From a virus, in the IMG/VR virus record IMGVR_UViG_3300049433_000110, positions 5,592 through 69,591 of that record: DNA of 64,000 bases; one strand, 5' to 3'. Under the pieces are notes generated by a model that worked only from the letters and a program-made list of their open reading frames with translations, was not told where the DNA came from and made no database searches. Each line of letters begins with the position of its first letter. Position 1 is the first letter of the stretch. The translations under genes were made by a program, and so were the position numbers. Positions 40,539 through 52,348 of the stretch are shown here, in pieces.

Positions 40539-40936
40539 GCGCCGTCGATCTCGCACTGCCTCGAGTCGAGCAGGAAGAAGGCTTTCGAGCGCACGTCTAT
40601 TTCGATACTCGCCGCTTGGAAACGATCGGGTTTGGCTTCCGAATTAGTGCCGGTATCAGTGAGCGCTGTGCCCGCGCTCTGCTACGAGAGCAGATGGCCG
40701 AGCGCCACGACGAGCTGATAAAGCTCCCCTGGTACGCAGGACTGGATGAAGCGCGCCAAGGGGTGTGTTTGGACATCGCGATCAATTCGGGTACGACGGG
40801 TCTGCTGCGGTTCGATCGGATGATTGATGCGCTCGAAGTCGGCGACTGGGCGACTGCCGCGGCGGAGTGCAAGGTTTCGAATCCTGAACTCGCTGACCGC
40901 TATGCCGCGCTGGCTCAACTACTGCTGACGGGGTGA
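40535..40936 (+). CDS. Endolysin (T4-like lysozyme)
   Basis: EEGFRAHVYFDTRRLETIGFG: E-x8-D-x5-T catalytic pattern. Confidence 0.85.
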   Translation: MSAVDLALPRVEQEEGFRAHVYFDTRRLETIGFGFRISAGISERCARALLREQMAERHDELIKLPWYAGLDEARQGVCLDIAINSGTTGLLRFDRMIDALEVGDWATAAAECKVSNPELADRYAALAQLLLTG

Positions 40937-40939
40937 AAA

Positions 40940-41464
40940 ATGTCCTTTGGCTCGAAAGCACTTCAGATCCTGCAAACGGTGGCTCCTACGGTGGCTCTGG
41001 CGGTCGGCGGACCGTTTGGACCGCTGGCCAGTGCTGCCATCTCGGCCGCCCTCGGAACGCCCAAAGGCGACGACAAAGCGGCTGAGGCCGCCTTGCTCAG
41101 TGCGACCCCGGACCAACTGCTCGCACTCACGAAGGAGAACGATGCGTTTCAGACCCAGATGAAGACGCTGGGTATCGAGGAGCAGAAGCTCGTCTTCGAT
41201 GACGTGGCCAATGCGCGCTCACGCGAGGTTGCGGCCAAGGACAAACTGCCCGCTATCCTGGCGATCTCCGTGACCCTTGGATTTTTCTCAGTCCTGCTGA
41301 TCATGCTGTTCAGAGGCGTTCCAGCGACAGGCTCAGAAGCCTTTCTGGTGATGCTGGGCTCGCTCGGCACGGCCTGGGCAGGTGTGATGGGCTATTACTT
41401 CGGTAGCTCGAGTGGATCCGCCAGTAAGACTGACACTATCAACAAGATTGCCGCCGCCAAATGA
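40940..41464 (+). CDS. Probable holin
   Basis: ANARSRE motif, two C-terminal TMs, YYFGSSSGS..K. Confidence 0.72.
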   Translation: MSFGSKALQILQTVAPTVALAVGGPFGPLASAAISAALGTPKGDDKAAEAALLSATPDQLLALTKENDAFQTQMKTLGIEEQKLVFDDVANARSREVAAKDKLPAILAISVTLGFFSVLLIMLFRGVPATGSEAFLVMLGSLGTAWAGVMGYYFGSSSGSASKTDTINKIAAAK

Positions 41465-41739
41465 CCGCATGGGACGCCACCTACAGCCACAACGTCCTAC
41501 TGGCGCTGGATCTCTTCGGTGCACTGGTGATTTTCAACGTCTCGGGTATCTCGATCAGCACCCTGTCGGGGATGGTCCGCGATGGCAAGGACGCGCCACT
41601 CAAGCTGTGGAAATGGCAAAAGGCGGCATTGCGCTGGCTCGAACCGAGGCTGGGTCGAGCTCACGTGACGGGCGCACTCAAAGCCGATCGCGCACGGGCG
41701 CAGTTCGTTCTCGATAACACTCCAGGAGCTACGCCATGA
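41461..41739 (+). CDS. Hypothetical protein
   Basis: ATGA overlaps at both ends. Confidence 0.55.
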   Translation: MTAWDATYSHNVLLALDLFGALVIFNVSGISISTLSGMVRDGKDAPLKLWKWQKAALRWLEPRLGRAHVTGALKADRARAQFVLDNTPGATP

Positions 41740-41921
41740 TCTCAATGCTGCTCGTTGCCTTCATCGTCCTGTGTATCGTCGGACTGATACTTTGGGGCGT
41801 GAATCAAATCCCCGGTATCCCACAAATCATCAAGGTGGTCATTTATGTGATTGTGGGTGTCGTTTTACTATTATGGCTGCTGCAGTTCGTGCAGGGCGGA
41901 CACTCATTCAACATTCACTGA
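41736..41921 (+). CDS. Small two-TM membrane protein
   Basis: Two hydrophobic helices around IPGIPQIIK. Confidence 0.65.
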   Translation: MISMLLVAFIVLCIVGLILWGVNQIPGIPQIIKVVIYVIVGVVLLLWLLQFVQGGHSFNIH

Positions 41922-41928
41922 GAATCCC

Positions 41929-42597
41929 ATGAAAAAGCTCATCGCCTTACTGCTTCTGCCGCTCACCGCGCTAGCCCAGACCACGGTAACCATCCCTGCC
42001 AGGGTCATCACGATCCCGCAGCAGGTGATCACGATCCCTGCCCAAACCCTCGTAGTCAGCACCACAACCCCGCCTGTGACCTGTGTGGCGCCCCAGGTGC
42101 TGACCAATGGCGTGTGCACGACACCGGTCGTTACTGCACCCGGGACGTTCTGGCTGTTTAACAACGGCGCGTTCGCAGGTGCGGGTGACTACTCCTATGG
42201 CAGCGGTACGGTCACCTACGGCAAGCCTCCCAGCGGCGTCGTGACCGTGAGCGGCGATGAAGGCTGGCAACCGCGCATGCCGGGAGACGATTTCAACGCG
42301 ACCGGGTACAACTTCATCACGGTGTCCATCAAGCCGACGCAGGCGGGCAATACGTGGATCACCGGGGCGGAGATGATCGGCGACATTCCGTTTCCCGGCT
42401 GCCCTACCGCACCGAGCATCATGAAGTACGGCCCGAATCCTGCCGTCGTGGGTGTGTGGAATACGTACAAGATCCCGCTCTCGGCCTACTGCATCACGCC
42501 GGCCCTGCATCCCTACAAAGTGATGTTCCTCGAGCAGAGCTCCACGAATAAGGCGGGGAATTCGGTTGCCTTCAATGCGCTGGGCTTCGTGCCATAG
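41929..42597 (+). CDS. Secreted CBM-like protein
   Basis: MKKLIALLLLPLTALA|Q; VITIP repeats; WNTYKIPL CBM-like domain; 4 Cys. Confidence 0.7.
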   Translation: MKKLIALLLLPLTALAQTTVTIPARVITIPQQVITIPAQTLVVSTTTPPVTCVAPQVLTNGVCTTPVVTAPGTFWLFNNGAFAGAGDYSYGSGTVTYGKPPSGVVTVSGDEGWQPRMPGDDFNATGYNFITVSIKPTQAGNTWITGAEMIGDIPFPGCPTAPSIMKYGPNPAVVGVWNTYKIPLSAYCITPALHPYKVMFLEQSSTNKAGNSVAFNALGFVP

Positions 42598-42806
42598 ATA
42601 TTTATTTTCACTAAGCGTACCCAATTCCCCTTCTCGTGGCGTCTATATAGATAGGGACTAAGGAGCCAGGGAGGGCGCTCTCCTCCGCTATGACCGGGTC
42701 TCTTGGATCAATTGCGCAATTCTCGACCGCGCGATAGCTGCCCAATCTCGGTGAGTGGCGGCGATATAACCCCAGTAGTGGATTGCCTGCTCACGTTCAT
42801 AGTCGC

Positions 42807-43133
42807 TCACGACTGATCCGCTCCTCGACGCAGAGCGGGCGGTTCTGGCACGCGCATCAACTGCCAACCGGCGGGGATGGTGTCTCCTGGCGTCCAGATG
42901 CGCTGGAGGGTCACGACGTCGCCTGGCAGTAGCGACGTGAGGCGAGCAACGGGGCGTTTGTTCCAAGCGGCAACCGCAACGCCTTTCCCCTCACGCTCGA
43001 TGGTCGGACCAACCTCACAATCCTGATGTGGGCATGAGACGATCCACCATGCGGCATCGTTGTGAGCCTGAATCAAATCAGGCTGTAGCCCGCAGAATGG
43101 GCATGGGAGTAGCTCATTTAGTGTTGTAGACAT
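42807..43133 (-). CDS. Lar-family restriction alleviation-like protein
   Basis: LLPCPFCG...C....C...AVAAWNKR. Confidence 0.7.
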   Translation of the reverse strand: MSTTLNELLPCPFCGLQPDLIQAHNDAAWWIVSCPHQDCEVGPTIEREGKGVAVAAWNKRPVARLTSLLPGDVVTLQRIWTPGDTIPAGWQLMRVPEPPALRRGADQS

Positions 43134-44491
43134 CGAATCACCACGCAGGCCGAAAGCCAGCCAAATATTGCGCCATAGAAGAATGACCAGCCAATTGCGC
43201 GCCATTCAAAGTCCATCGGAGGTTCTCTCCGCGTGCCATCGGCGGTACATCATGAGCAGGCATCGCCAATAGATCCAGCAAAGCCAAATGTTGGCTAGGG
43301 TCTCCATGTCGCTACTCACGATGGGTCTCCCGATTTCTCTGGATCGTTTGGCGCAGCTGATTCGGTCAGCAATCGCTTGAGCTCGTCGTGAAAGTAGGAG
43401 CCGGGACTAATCGGCACATCCGCACCCAGCGCCTTCAGGGCGTTTTCGAGCAGCGGACGCAACTCGTGTGGCGGCCCGTTGGGATCGACAGGTAACGGTT
43501 CGTCGGCTGGCTGTTTGTTCCCCAAGGCATCCCGGGCCATCTGCGGAAGTTCCGGACATTCGTTGCTGTCAGCAATCTCTTGAAGCGCCATCCTCAACCT
43601 GACGTTCTCAGCATGCAGCGACGTTTGCGCCGCGTCCTGCAAGTCGATCAGGCTATTCTTGCGCTCGACCTCCAGCGCATAGTTCGCCAAGCCTTCCTCG
43701 GCCAGGCTCAGGTTGCCGCGCAGTTGCTCTTTGTCGAGCACGAGTCTCTCAACGACATTTGCGGCCTGCGCGACAAGAGACTGCAGCACTAGATGGCTCG
43801 CCGCAGACCCCAGTGCAGCGACACCCTCGAGTTGCGCCTGGAAAGAGACATACTCCCTTACCACAGAACGCTTATGCTGCTTGGCAGGGCACGAATCTGC
43901 ATGCGGCTGCCAGTGCTCGGCCTTGCAGGTGCATTCACCTGTCATAACGCGCCTTGGCCAATTCCCGCTCAGCGGCGATTCCGTCATCCTCATTTGTCAT
44001 GTGTGCGACTCCAGCGGTAGGTACTTGCCAGAGTCGTTCAGGAAGCACGCCTCGGCTCGATATGGCCACTCGGCCGCCCGATTCCGCGCGTAGTCCTTCG
44101 CCTCGTCCGCGCTGGTGAAAATCTCCGGTGGCGTGCTGCCGGGCTTCACCTCACTGCGGTCCACCCATTCGGTGATGACCCCATAGGACCAGTTTCCCAT
44201 TCCGGACAACTGGCGCCACGGCAATACGACGTAACGCAGAATGCAGTTCATTTCTTCTCCCTCCCGGAAGGTCGGCCTCTCCCACGTTTCGGCGCGCTGC
44301 TCACTGAGTCGGGTCCAATGCAGCGGCGAGATTCGTCTCAGCCTCTTCCCGCGTTCGCAGGTTGCCGCCGTCGTTGAAATCCTGGCCGAGCGCATCGGAA
44401 ATCTGCCAGCGCCAGAAACCGCCCTCCTCGAAGACCTTCTTCTCGACCACTTCTCGACCATTGATCTTGTCCATCTTCATCTCCCACGTGC

Positions 44492-44641
44492 TTATTTCGC
44501 ATTCCTCCGCTTCGCCAAACGCTCTGCATACCGTTTAATCAGAGGCCAGTCCTTCGGGTGAGCCCAAACCTCGTGCGGCTTGAGCCCTTCCTCCCGGCGC
44601 CTGGCGCGTAGTTCGGCCAGGCGTTCGGCTCCAGTCTTCAT
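44492..44641 (-). CDS. Small putative DNA-binding protein
   Basis: MKTGAERLAELRARRREEGLKPHEVWAH. Confidence 0.55.
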   Translation of the reverse strand: MKTGAERLAELRARRREEGLKPHEVWAHPKDWPLIKRYAERLAKRRNAK

Positions 44642-44922
44642 CAGTACGCAAACATCGTTGTCTGCGACAGGTCCGGAGTGACGTTCCAAGGATCGCCAAT
44701 CACGGGGCTGTGAACGCCGTCAATGCGCTCGCGGACCTGCGTCGCAATCGACTTGCCTTTCCAGAACTGAGCGCGGGCGCGATACATGGCCGCGTCAGCT
44801 TCCTGCTTGTCGAGGTCAGCACAGGTTCCGCACCGATGGCCGCAGTGCGGAATTGCATCAGGACCCGTGAACACATACATGCCGTGAGCACATTTAGCGG
44901 CAGTTCGAACTGTGGAAAGCAT
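44641..44922 (-). CDS. Hypothetical protein (first gene of internal promoter cassette)
   Basis: AAGGAG RBS downstream of promoter 44948-44976. Confidence 0.6.
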   Translation of the reverse strand: MLSTVRTAAKCAHGMYVFTGPDAIPHCGHRCGTCADLDKQEADAAMYRARAQFWKGKSIATQVRERIDGVHSPVIGDPWNVTPDLSQTTMFAY

Positions 44923-44947
44923 GTCGATCTCCTTACTTGGTGATGCC

Positions 44948-44976
44948 AATCTATCACCGTTACTGGTAACGGTCAA
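44948..44976 (-). promoter_or_regulatory. Sigma70 promoter with palindromic operator
   Basis: TTGACC-N17-TAGATT on minus strand; ACCGTTAC-TG-GTAACGGT at 44956-44973. Confidence 0.75.
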
Positions 44977-46190
44977 GTACTACCTCGCACTTTCTGGAGC
45001 TGATCCCACGGTTCTCTCGGTCGGTTCGTTCCCGGCCTGAAACCCCACGCGATCAAACTCCCAATGCGCAGGCATCTCGACTCGCCCATAACTGTCTGTC
45101 TGCGCTCGATTGTGCTGACAGCGGATGTAGTAGCTTCCTGCGCCCTGGGAGAATAAGTCTCCCTCAAGTGCTTCGGCTGCCAGATCCTGCTCGATCGCAT
45201 CGACCTCGCCCGAACGAATCGCTCCGCTAATACCCGTGATTAGAGGAGGCATATCCGGATCGCTGGTATAGAAAACCTCGATCCTCAACCTGTTCGTGAT
45301 CCAGTTATTCACCGGGAGTTGCTCCTGCGCTGTCCGAGGACAGTTTGAGTTCGTGGCCGAGCGTTGCTATCTGAACCATCTGCTCGCCTAGCTGGCGCAC
45401 TGCATCAGCGGCGATCACCAGAAAGCGAGCATCGATATCTGGCGTCCGGCTCGGCTTGCGGTCCGCGATCTGCACAGCAATCCGCTCGAGGTGATCAGCC
45501 AGAGCGTTGAACTTGTGGTTAGTTTCCATTGACCGGTGTCCATTTGAGCCAAGCATCGCGTTCTGCCCGCACTTCAGTGACGATCTCATCGCGCGACTTC
45601 TGTCGGCCATTGGGATGCTTGTTGAACGGGTTGACGGTCTGCATGAAGGTGCGTGTCAGTTGCCGTGGCTTACCGTTCTCGGTCCAGCGCCGCGTGCCTT
45701 TGACCTTCACCTCTTCGAATGTGATTCTCATGGTTGTTGCTCGCAGGATGTAATCGTGCACCGTCCCGCGTGCCCGCCGGTGGGTGTTTTGTGCATGCCG
45801 TGCTCGACGGGTAGCCCCTGGTGGCACAGCACGCAGAAGGGCATCTGTCCGCACTCGCTCACGAAGAAAGCGGCGCAGTCGCGGCAGAACGGCTCGTAAA
45901 AGCCTGTTGGGGCGCCACAGCCGGCACAGAGGATGCGCGGGCCGTTCATCAATACTCCGGCCGGCAAATAGGGCAACCCATCCAGCCGCCTTCGCCCTCG
46001 CAGATGTCGCAGCATATGTTGTCTTCCGGGTCCAGACAGCAGCAGCAATCCTCGCCACAGTCGTGACCGTCGACGCCTTCGCCAAGGCACTGGGTGCATT
46101 CCTGCCACTCCAGTTCAGTGCCGCACGGGCAGACCTTGCAGTCATCAACTGGATCGCCGAGCGGACGATCGCCGCCAGTCATCAGGATTG

Positions 46191-46406
46191 TCACCGCGGC
46201 TTCCTCCAAGCATCTGCCTGCGCACACGTTGCGAAGTGCGAGGTATGCCGCTTCAGGTCCAACTGGTGCTCAGCATCAGTGGGCTTCGTCGTCTCGGCGT
46301 TGACCGGCATGCGCTTGCCAGATTTGGTTTTGAACCAGACAATCGGCTGCCCGCAGGATTGGCAGAACACCTCGAAGGGATGCTTCTGGCGGATCTCGTC
46401 ATTCAT
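46191..46406 (-). CDS. Small Zn-finger phage protein
   Basis: CQSCGQPIVW..T.SGKRMPVN...SHFATC. Confidence 0.7.
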   Translation of the reverse strand: MNDEIRQKHPFEVFCQSCGQPIVWFKTKSGKRMPVNAETTKPTDAEHQLDLKRHTSHFATCAQADAWRKPR

Positions 46407-49400
46407 GACGTTGCTCGCTGTGCGGTTGAGTGTTCACAGGATAAAAGCCAGAAGGAGGAGTGCCCACAGTGGGTCGGCACTGTGCGTTGCCCAGCAGACG
46501 ATGCCGATCAAGGCCATGCCACCGATGAGGACAGAAGCTTCCTGGGTAGTCATTCGGGCTTGCCCAGTGCGGCTCTAATCTCTTCACGGACGATCTGGCG
46601 CATCTGCTCGGGAGTAACACCGAGATAGCGCAAGGTGGTCTCTTTGGACTTCGCGCACGTCTCAGACCCATGGATACCGCCGAGGGCATACGCTTGCCCG
46701 CAGATACCACAATGGGCATTTGCTCCGGCGGTGCCTCGTACAAATTCAAAGTCCAACATGCTATGCGTCCTCACTCATCCCAACCCCACCCAAATCCGCC
46801 GCACCGCGCGCCACGGGATCGCCAGCAGATTCACCAGCAGCAGGAGTGCTTTGCCGATCATGGCGCGACCACATCACAATCGCCCCCATGCCCCGCCGGA
46901 CGGATGCACTGCTGCGGGCTTGCTTTTACGCAGACTGGGAATGCGCTGGCTGTCTCAGGGGGTCCGACGTATTGATCGCCCACGAACCCAGATTGTTGTT
47001 CGCTGGCTTTCTCCGATGAACTTTGCTCAATTCGCGCTGTAGACCGGCGCACGAAGTCCGCAATCTCCGGCCACTCCCCCTCGTATCCAGTGTTTACCTG
47101 TTGCAACAGGCGCAGCGCCTCATCGTGCCAACGAACATGCCTCTCAATTATTCGGCGGTCGCGCTCCGCTCGTATTCCGGCCTGTGCAAGCCCGGATACG
47201 TAGGGATCCGGCTGGTTGCCCGCTCCCGTCTCGTTACCGTGCGCTTCGTTTCCGAGCCCGCATGTGCACCGCTCGCCGCCATATTTCAGGCCGCAGGTAT
47301 CCGTGTGTGGCAGTCCAGCGATGCTCGGCTCATTCGCCTTACGATCTAACTCCATGATGACCTGCGTCACTCGGTCGCAGACCGTATCGAGCGCCCGGTT
47401 GAGGCTGCGCGCGTCGCTTGAGTCATAGGCCAGCGTGGTCGCCTTCCGTAATTCCTCTGCCCACATCTTAAGAACGTTGTTCCCATTTGAGGTCCGAAGT
47501 ATTGGTGAGTCGCTCATAGTGACGCCCGGTAACGTCTCGTGCGAATGACGTTGCTCGATTTGCGCAGCCTGCATAGCGATGGTTGCCGCTCGCAGGTACG
47601 GGTCGCCGCGCTCCATCTGTTCGACTGAATCGCAAGTCCCACCATGAAACTCGATGCGTTCCTTTCCGGACTCCAGCAACCTGACATACGCGCGATACAG
47701 GTCGCGCATTGGCCTTAGCAGCGGATTCTCATTTGAGGTGAGCGTTCGCTCATCCGATTTCCAATGCATGGCGCAGTTTGGATCAGGGCATCTGCCTTTA
47801 ACCATTGGAGTGCAGCAATGCGGGCAGGCGTTCGCATCCGATGAACTAACCACGGCTCATCTCCTTTTTGCAGAGCATGCAATCAGGCCCGCATTCCGAC
47901 TCAGTCCAGTCAGGCCACAGCCGCGTCATCATCTCCTCAACCGCTGGATCGTCAGCCATGCAGGAATGCTTCACCTGAAAAACAAGCTCCCGATCGCTGA
48001 GCTTTTCGAGGCGCATGCTTTCGACGACTCTGTCCGCCAGCGCGGCATACGCAGCGTTGGAGTCGTTCTCATCTTCGGAACTAACCACGTCCGTCCTCCT
48101 CGATGGCTCGGCGCAGTGAGTCGATACCCCACTGGCTGCTCGTGCCGTAACTGAATCCCCTGTAGGAAATCCGAGCCGCTACGAAAGATCGATCTCGTGC
48201 GTGCTTCAGTTCATCGCGCAGGCGCTCAATCTCATCCGCCGAACAACAATAACCGCAGCCCTCTACGCTGCGCGAGTCGTGGCCGCACTGCCGGCGCAGC
48301 CAAGCAGTGTTCGTTTCTGCAGTCCGAGCAACTGTTTCATTTGGCATGGGGAGGCTCCAACGCGGCTAAGGCGATCACGAGCGCGGTTCGATGCGCCAAC
48401 TCACCCTCGGACCATTCCTTGCGAACCTCCTCGCGCCACAAGTCAGGGCAGAGCGTCTCGTCGGCGATCATCGTGAGGGCCTCGCGCAGTCGCCCGATCT
48501 CAATCAGCAGAACGCCGCAATCGTGGTGGCAATTCGCCCAGGCGATGTTCCCGTGAGTCGGCCTCGCGCTCGCATGGGCGCGGCGGATTTGCTCAATCGG
48601 ATCATCCCGCTTCATCCGCTGCACCGTCTCCCGGCACTCCCCGCAGTCCTCGCCCAGCGGGGTGCCGTGAGGGCATTTGTCAGTCGTCATTGAGCGCCCT
48701 CTGTGTTTCTTTTTCATTCAGACCGACAGCCCTGCATCCGGCGTAGGTCGCGTGGTAGTAGTCCCGGTGTCCGCGACGCACGAGACCAACCGTCAACAAT
48801 CGCTCCAGTGACGGGTAGTCGGATGACTCCGGCCCGCAGTTGAAATAATTGCGAAAGCCCCAGTCCCGCTTCTTGTCTGTGCTGCGAGCGCCGAGCATGT
48901 GCCGGAGGTTGTTCATGTCCTCGACGATTTCCTCCGCGCTCACTTCAGCCTCTTGGCTTGCGCCTGTTGCTCAGCCAAGGCGCTTGCGTACTCGGTGCCG
49001 CGGTACATGGGTTCCTCCATACTGCGATCGTAGGCAGCCTCGGCCTTGTTGCGCCGGAACTGGAAGTACGTCTCTACAATGTCCTGCAGGTCACTGGCGA
49101 GTTCATCAATCTCGTGCTCGCTCAACTGCTCGTCCGGGTCGCCTGTGCCGAAGTGCTGGGCGAGCTCCAGGCATTTGGAATCGTAGGTACGCTTGGTCAT
49201 AAAACCTCCGCGAGCCACTGTCGAAGCGCTTCGGCTTCTTCCGGCTCAAGAATGATGGTGGCGCGGTCGGAGCGATCGATAATCACGACGCATCCGCCTC
49301 GAAGCGCCCAATCGATTGAAGAGGACGGCTGGACTTCCTCCTCAGTGGGGAGCGGGTCTAACTCGGATGTGCTCATGGCAGTTCAATCTCCTCGTAAGCC

Positions 49401-51876
49401 ATCGCAACCACCGGAGGCGGCAGCAACGGCAGTGCTCTCTCGACACGCTCTCGGGCTTCTGCTGTGCCTCGAATGTCGATCGCTTCACCCACGAGTACCT
49501 GCTCCTCGGGCGTCAGGCGTCTGCGGACGTGGTAAGCGCCCGGTCGATCCTGTTCCCACTGCAACTCAGTCATACCAACTCCCTTCAGTGCTTCAAACGC
49601 GAGCCGTCTTCGAACATTCGGGGCGCACGCGCCACCCACGCTGGCGTGCCACACCGGGCCGCCGAAGCGCAGCTCGATTCACTCATAGCCACTGTTCACG
49701 GTCAGGACGAGCGAGGCGCCGTACCGTATTCGGCTTGCAAAGTGCGGTTGCGCGGTCTCGAAGGCGAACCGGCAGTGGTTGCGGATCGCGGTTTTCTGTT
49801 CAGGTGTCATGCTGATTCCCTCGATTCGAAGCGACTCGGAGACCAATCACAATGGGTTTGCCCGAGTTCGGTTACACCGAGAACGACGCTGCAGCGCAGC
49901 CACCAAATGCAGTCCACGCACGTCTTGCCAACCGGCAGCCAAGGGACTTGATTGCTCGTCTCGGCCATGCGAGCAACGTCGTTCACAACTCAACTCCGCG
50001 AGCCCGAACATCGCCGGCCTTGAAGCGCCGATACCACTCGTCACCCCAACGCATCTTTGGCTTGCCGGCGCGGTAGTTGATCTGGTGGCAGCGCTCGTAG
50101 TACTTCGCGGCTTCATCGCCCTTGCCGGCTTCGACCAGTGCTCGCAGCTCATTCGCCTCATTGAGCGAACCGGGCCCAGTCGCACGCATGAGGCGTTGGG
50201 GCTGCTTTTTGGCAGGACGGGCACCCTTGGATATCCGGCGCTTGTTGTTGCGCTCCATCCAGGCCCCAAGGCCTGCAGGGCGCGGTACAACCTCGGCTGA
50301 CTGACCCATGTCTGCCCCCATGGCCGCTGCCACCAGAGCGCCTAAACCGAGTACTGAATTTCTCATCGTTGTTCTCCAAAGTAGGGGCTCGAATTCGTCC
50401 AGAGTTGGCTCACCGCAGTCGCCTGTTGGGCTTCGGCTTCTGCAGCCGCTTCAACTCGCGATACGCTTCGCGAAACAGCGGCTTGATTTGGTTGAGCTCC
50501 ACGATGCCGCCGCCGGCCCAGTGCAGGCGCAGCAGGAGGTTGTCGGGTTTCTTCATGGGTGGGCCTTCGGGGGCTGGGATGCGATCCATTTGGCATAAGC
50601 AGGATCGGCCATGGCGCAATCTGGACAGACGGGCGTGCAATACGGGTTCGGACTGAGCGCGACTCCCTCATCCAACTTGCACTGTTGCCCACATCCGCAG
50701 ATAAAGTTCTCACCGCATACGTTCTCATCGGCCCAGCGCTCGGCACTGGCCTCGGCGTTTTCAATCGGGTCAGGGATTCTCATTTGGGCTGTGCCTGCGC
50801 GGGAGCTGGGAGGCCGTAGATGTAGGCGAGCAATTCCTCGATCGCCTGTTTCAGCTGCGGTGGATGCGCGCCTGAACCCCGTCGCCAGCCAGCCGCACAG
50901 CCAACCACGTGAGCGATGTAGGCTTCGAGCTTGGGATCGGGAACAGGCATCTTCCCCACCTGTGCCCGCAAGCTCTGGATCTCCTGCTGCAAATCCATGA
51001 TTTGACCCATCAAGCCATGAATGCGGCGGTAGTCGATTTGGCGCTGTTCTTCGGCATCCGCGAAGTAGACGTATTCGCCCAAATCCTCCTCAACCATCTT
51101 GTAAACCGGGTCCCGGCCTCGACTGATGTTTTCCATGTCGAAGCGCTTCACGGCCTCACCGGCCGTTTCTCAGTCGCACTGCGCGCGTGATTGCCGCAGC
51201 GCGGGACCTCTTTGCCCAACTGCATCACCATCCACTGGGCCGGTTTGTCGCAGCGGACCCACCAGCCGTTCTTTTGGACCATGCGGGTGCAGGTCATGGA
51301 TGCTGACTCAGGTTGACGTAACCTGCGACCGCACCCACGATCAGCCCGGCAATGGTTAGAACGATCTCGAGACACAGCCGTATGCGGGCCCAGCGCGTCA
51401 TACTAATAGTCATCGTGGCTCCCGCATCGGCCGCACTCTGCGACCGCTCCGATATCCAACTTGGCCGCGCAGTTACCGCAGCGCGTTTTATCGCCAAACA
51501 GCCATAGCGCGCACCCGCCGAACAAACCCAACATGAGGGTGAGGATGGTTTTCATCGCGGCCGGCTCCCCTCATAGGATGAATGGCTCAGAGCGGCCACC
51601 CATCCGCCTTCGCCGTCGAGCATGTCGCGGAAAAACGAGCGCAAGTACACGAAACCATTGCGGGCGCCCGCGGGGCTGCGTTTTCGCCACTCGCGCCATT
51701 CTTGGGCCCGCCGCGCGCGGATCACCGGATCGGCTGGATTGAGTCCCTTGCGTTTCATGGCGAGCGCTCACTCGCCTGGATGTTGAAATGCGCGAAAGCC
51801 CATACAATCAAAACCGTGGCCGCAATCGTGAGCAGCGCGCATAGGGCAAATTTCAGGCGGTGGTTCATCGCGGTTT

Positions 51877-52299
51877 TCATGACAGAGTCCCTGTTGTTGT
51901 TGTGTTGACAGCGCTGATGCCGCGCTTGTTGATTCGTATCCCGCGCGCCGCCCCTTCGATGAGCGTAAGGACGCCACGTTTGGACAGGCGCACGAGATGC
52001 TCATGCGCGCCGTTGGCGGACTTGAAGCCGAGCGCATTGGCGATCTCTTTGCGCGTCGGGGGCCAGCCGTGCTCGTGGGTGAACTGGCGCACGAAGGTGA
52101 GCACGCGCGCTTGGGCGGGTGGCAGGCGATCGAGGCGCCGGTTCTGCGCGACGAGCTCGCCCAAGGCGGCGAGGGATTCGGCGTAGTCCTTCAGCTCGGC
52201 GATGGCGGGCGTGTCGAGGGTGGCGAATTCCGCGGCGGCGGCGTCCAGGTCGCGGCTGATGGATTGCAGGCGGGTGGCGAGGGCGGCGTAGGTGGTCAT
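51877..52299 (-). CDS. LexA DNA-binding-domain protein without peptidase domain
   Basis: LPPAQARVLTFV...GWPPTRKEIANALGFKSANGAHEHL..L.KRG...ARGIRI. Confidence 0.8.
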   Translation of the reverse strand: MTTYAALATRLQSISRDLDAAAAEFATLDTPAIAELKDYAESLAALGELVAQNRRLDRLPPAQARVLTFVRQFTHEHGWPPTRKEIANALGFKSANGAHEHLVRLSKRGVLTLIEGAARGIRINKRGISAVNTTTTGTLS

Positions 52300-52348
52300 G
52301 GCGTCACCTGAAAAATATTTTCAGCGGCGCGCGTTGCGAGGTCGCGAA

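Larger units (their letters stand above)
42688..51758 (-). other. Array of small overlapping early hypothetical genes, many with Cys/His Zn motifs
   Basis: Chain of short minus-strand ORFs with start/stop overlaps (e.g. 43316-43993, 43997-44251, 44980-45312, 45519-45731, 46858-47853, 48680-48943, 50553-50783, 50780-51151). Confidence 0.7.

Noticed and set aside
42598-42690. Bidirectional terminator at the late/early convergence
   Set aside because: Only a weak GGAGGG/CTCTCC stem with no adjacent U-tract.
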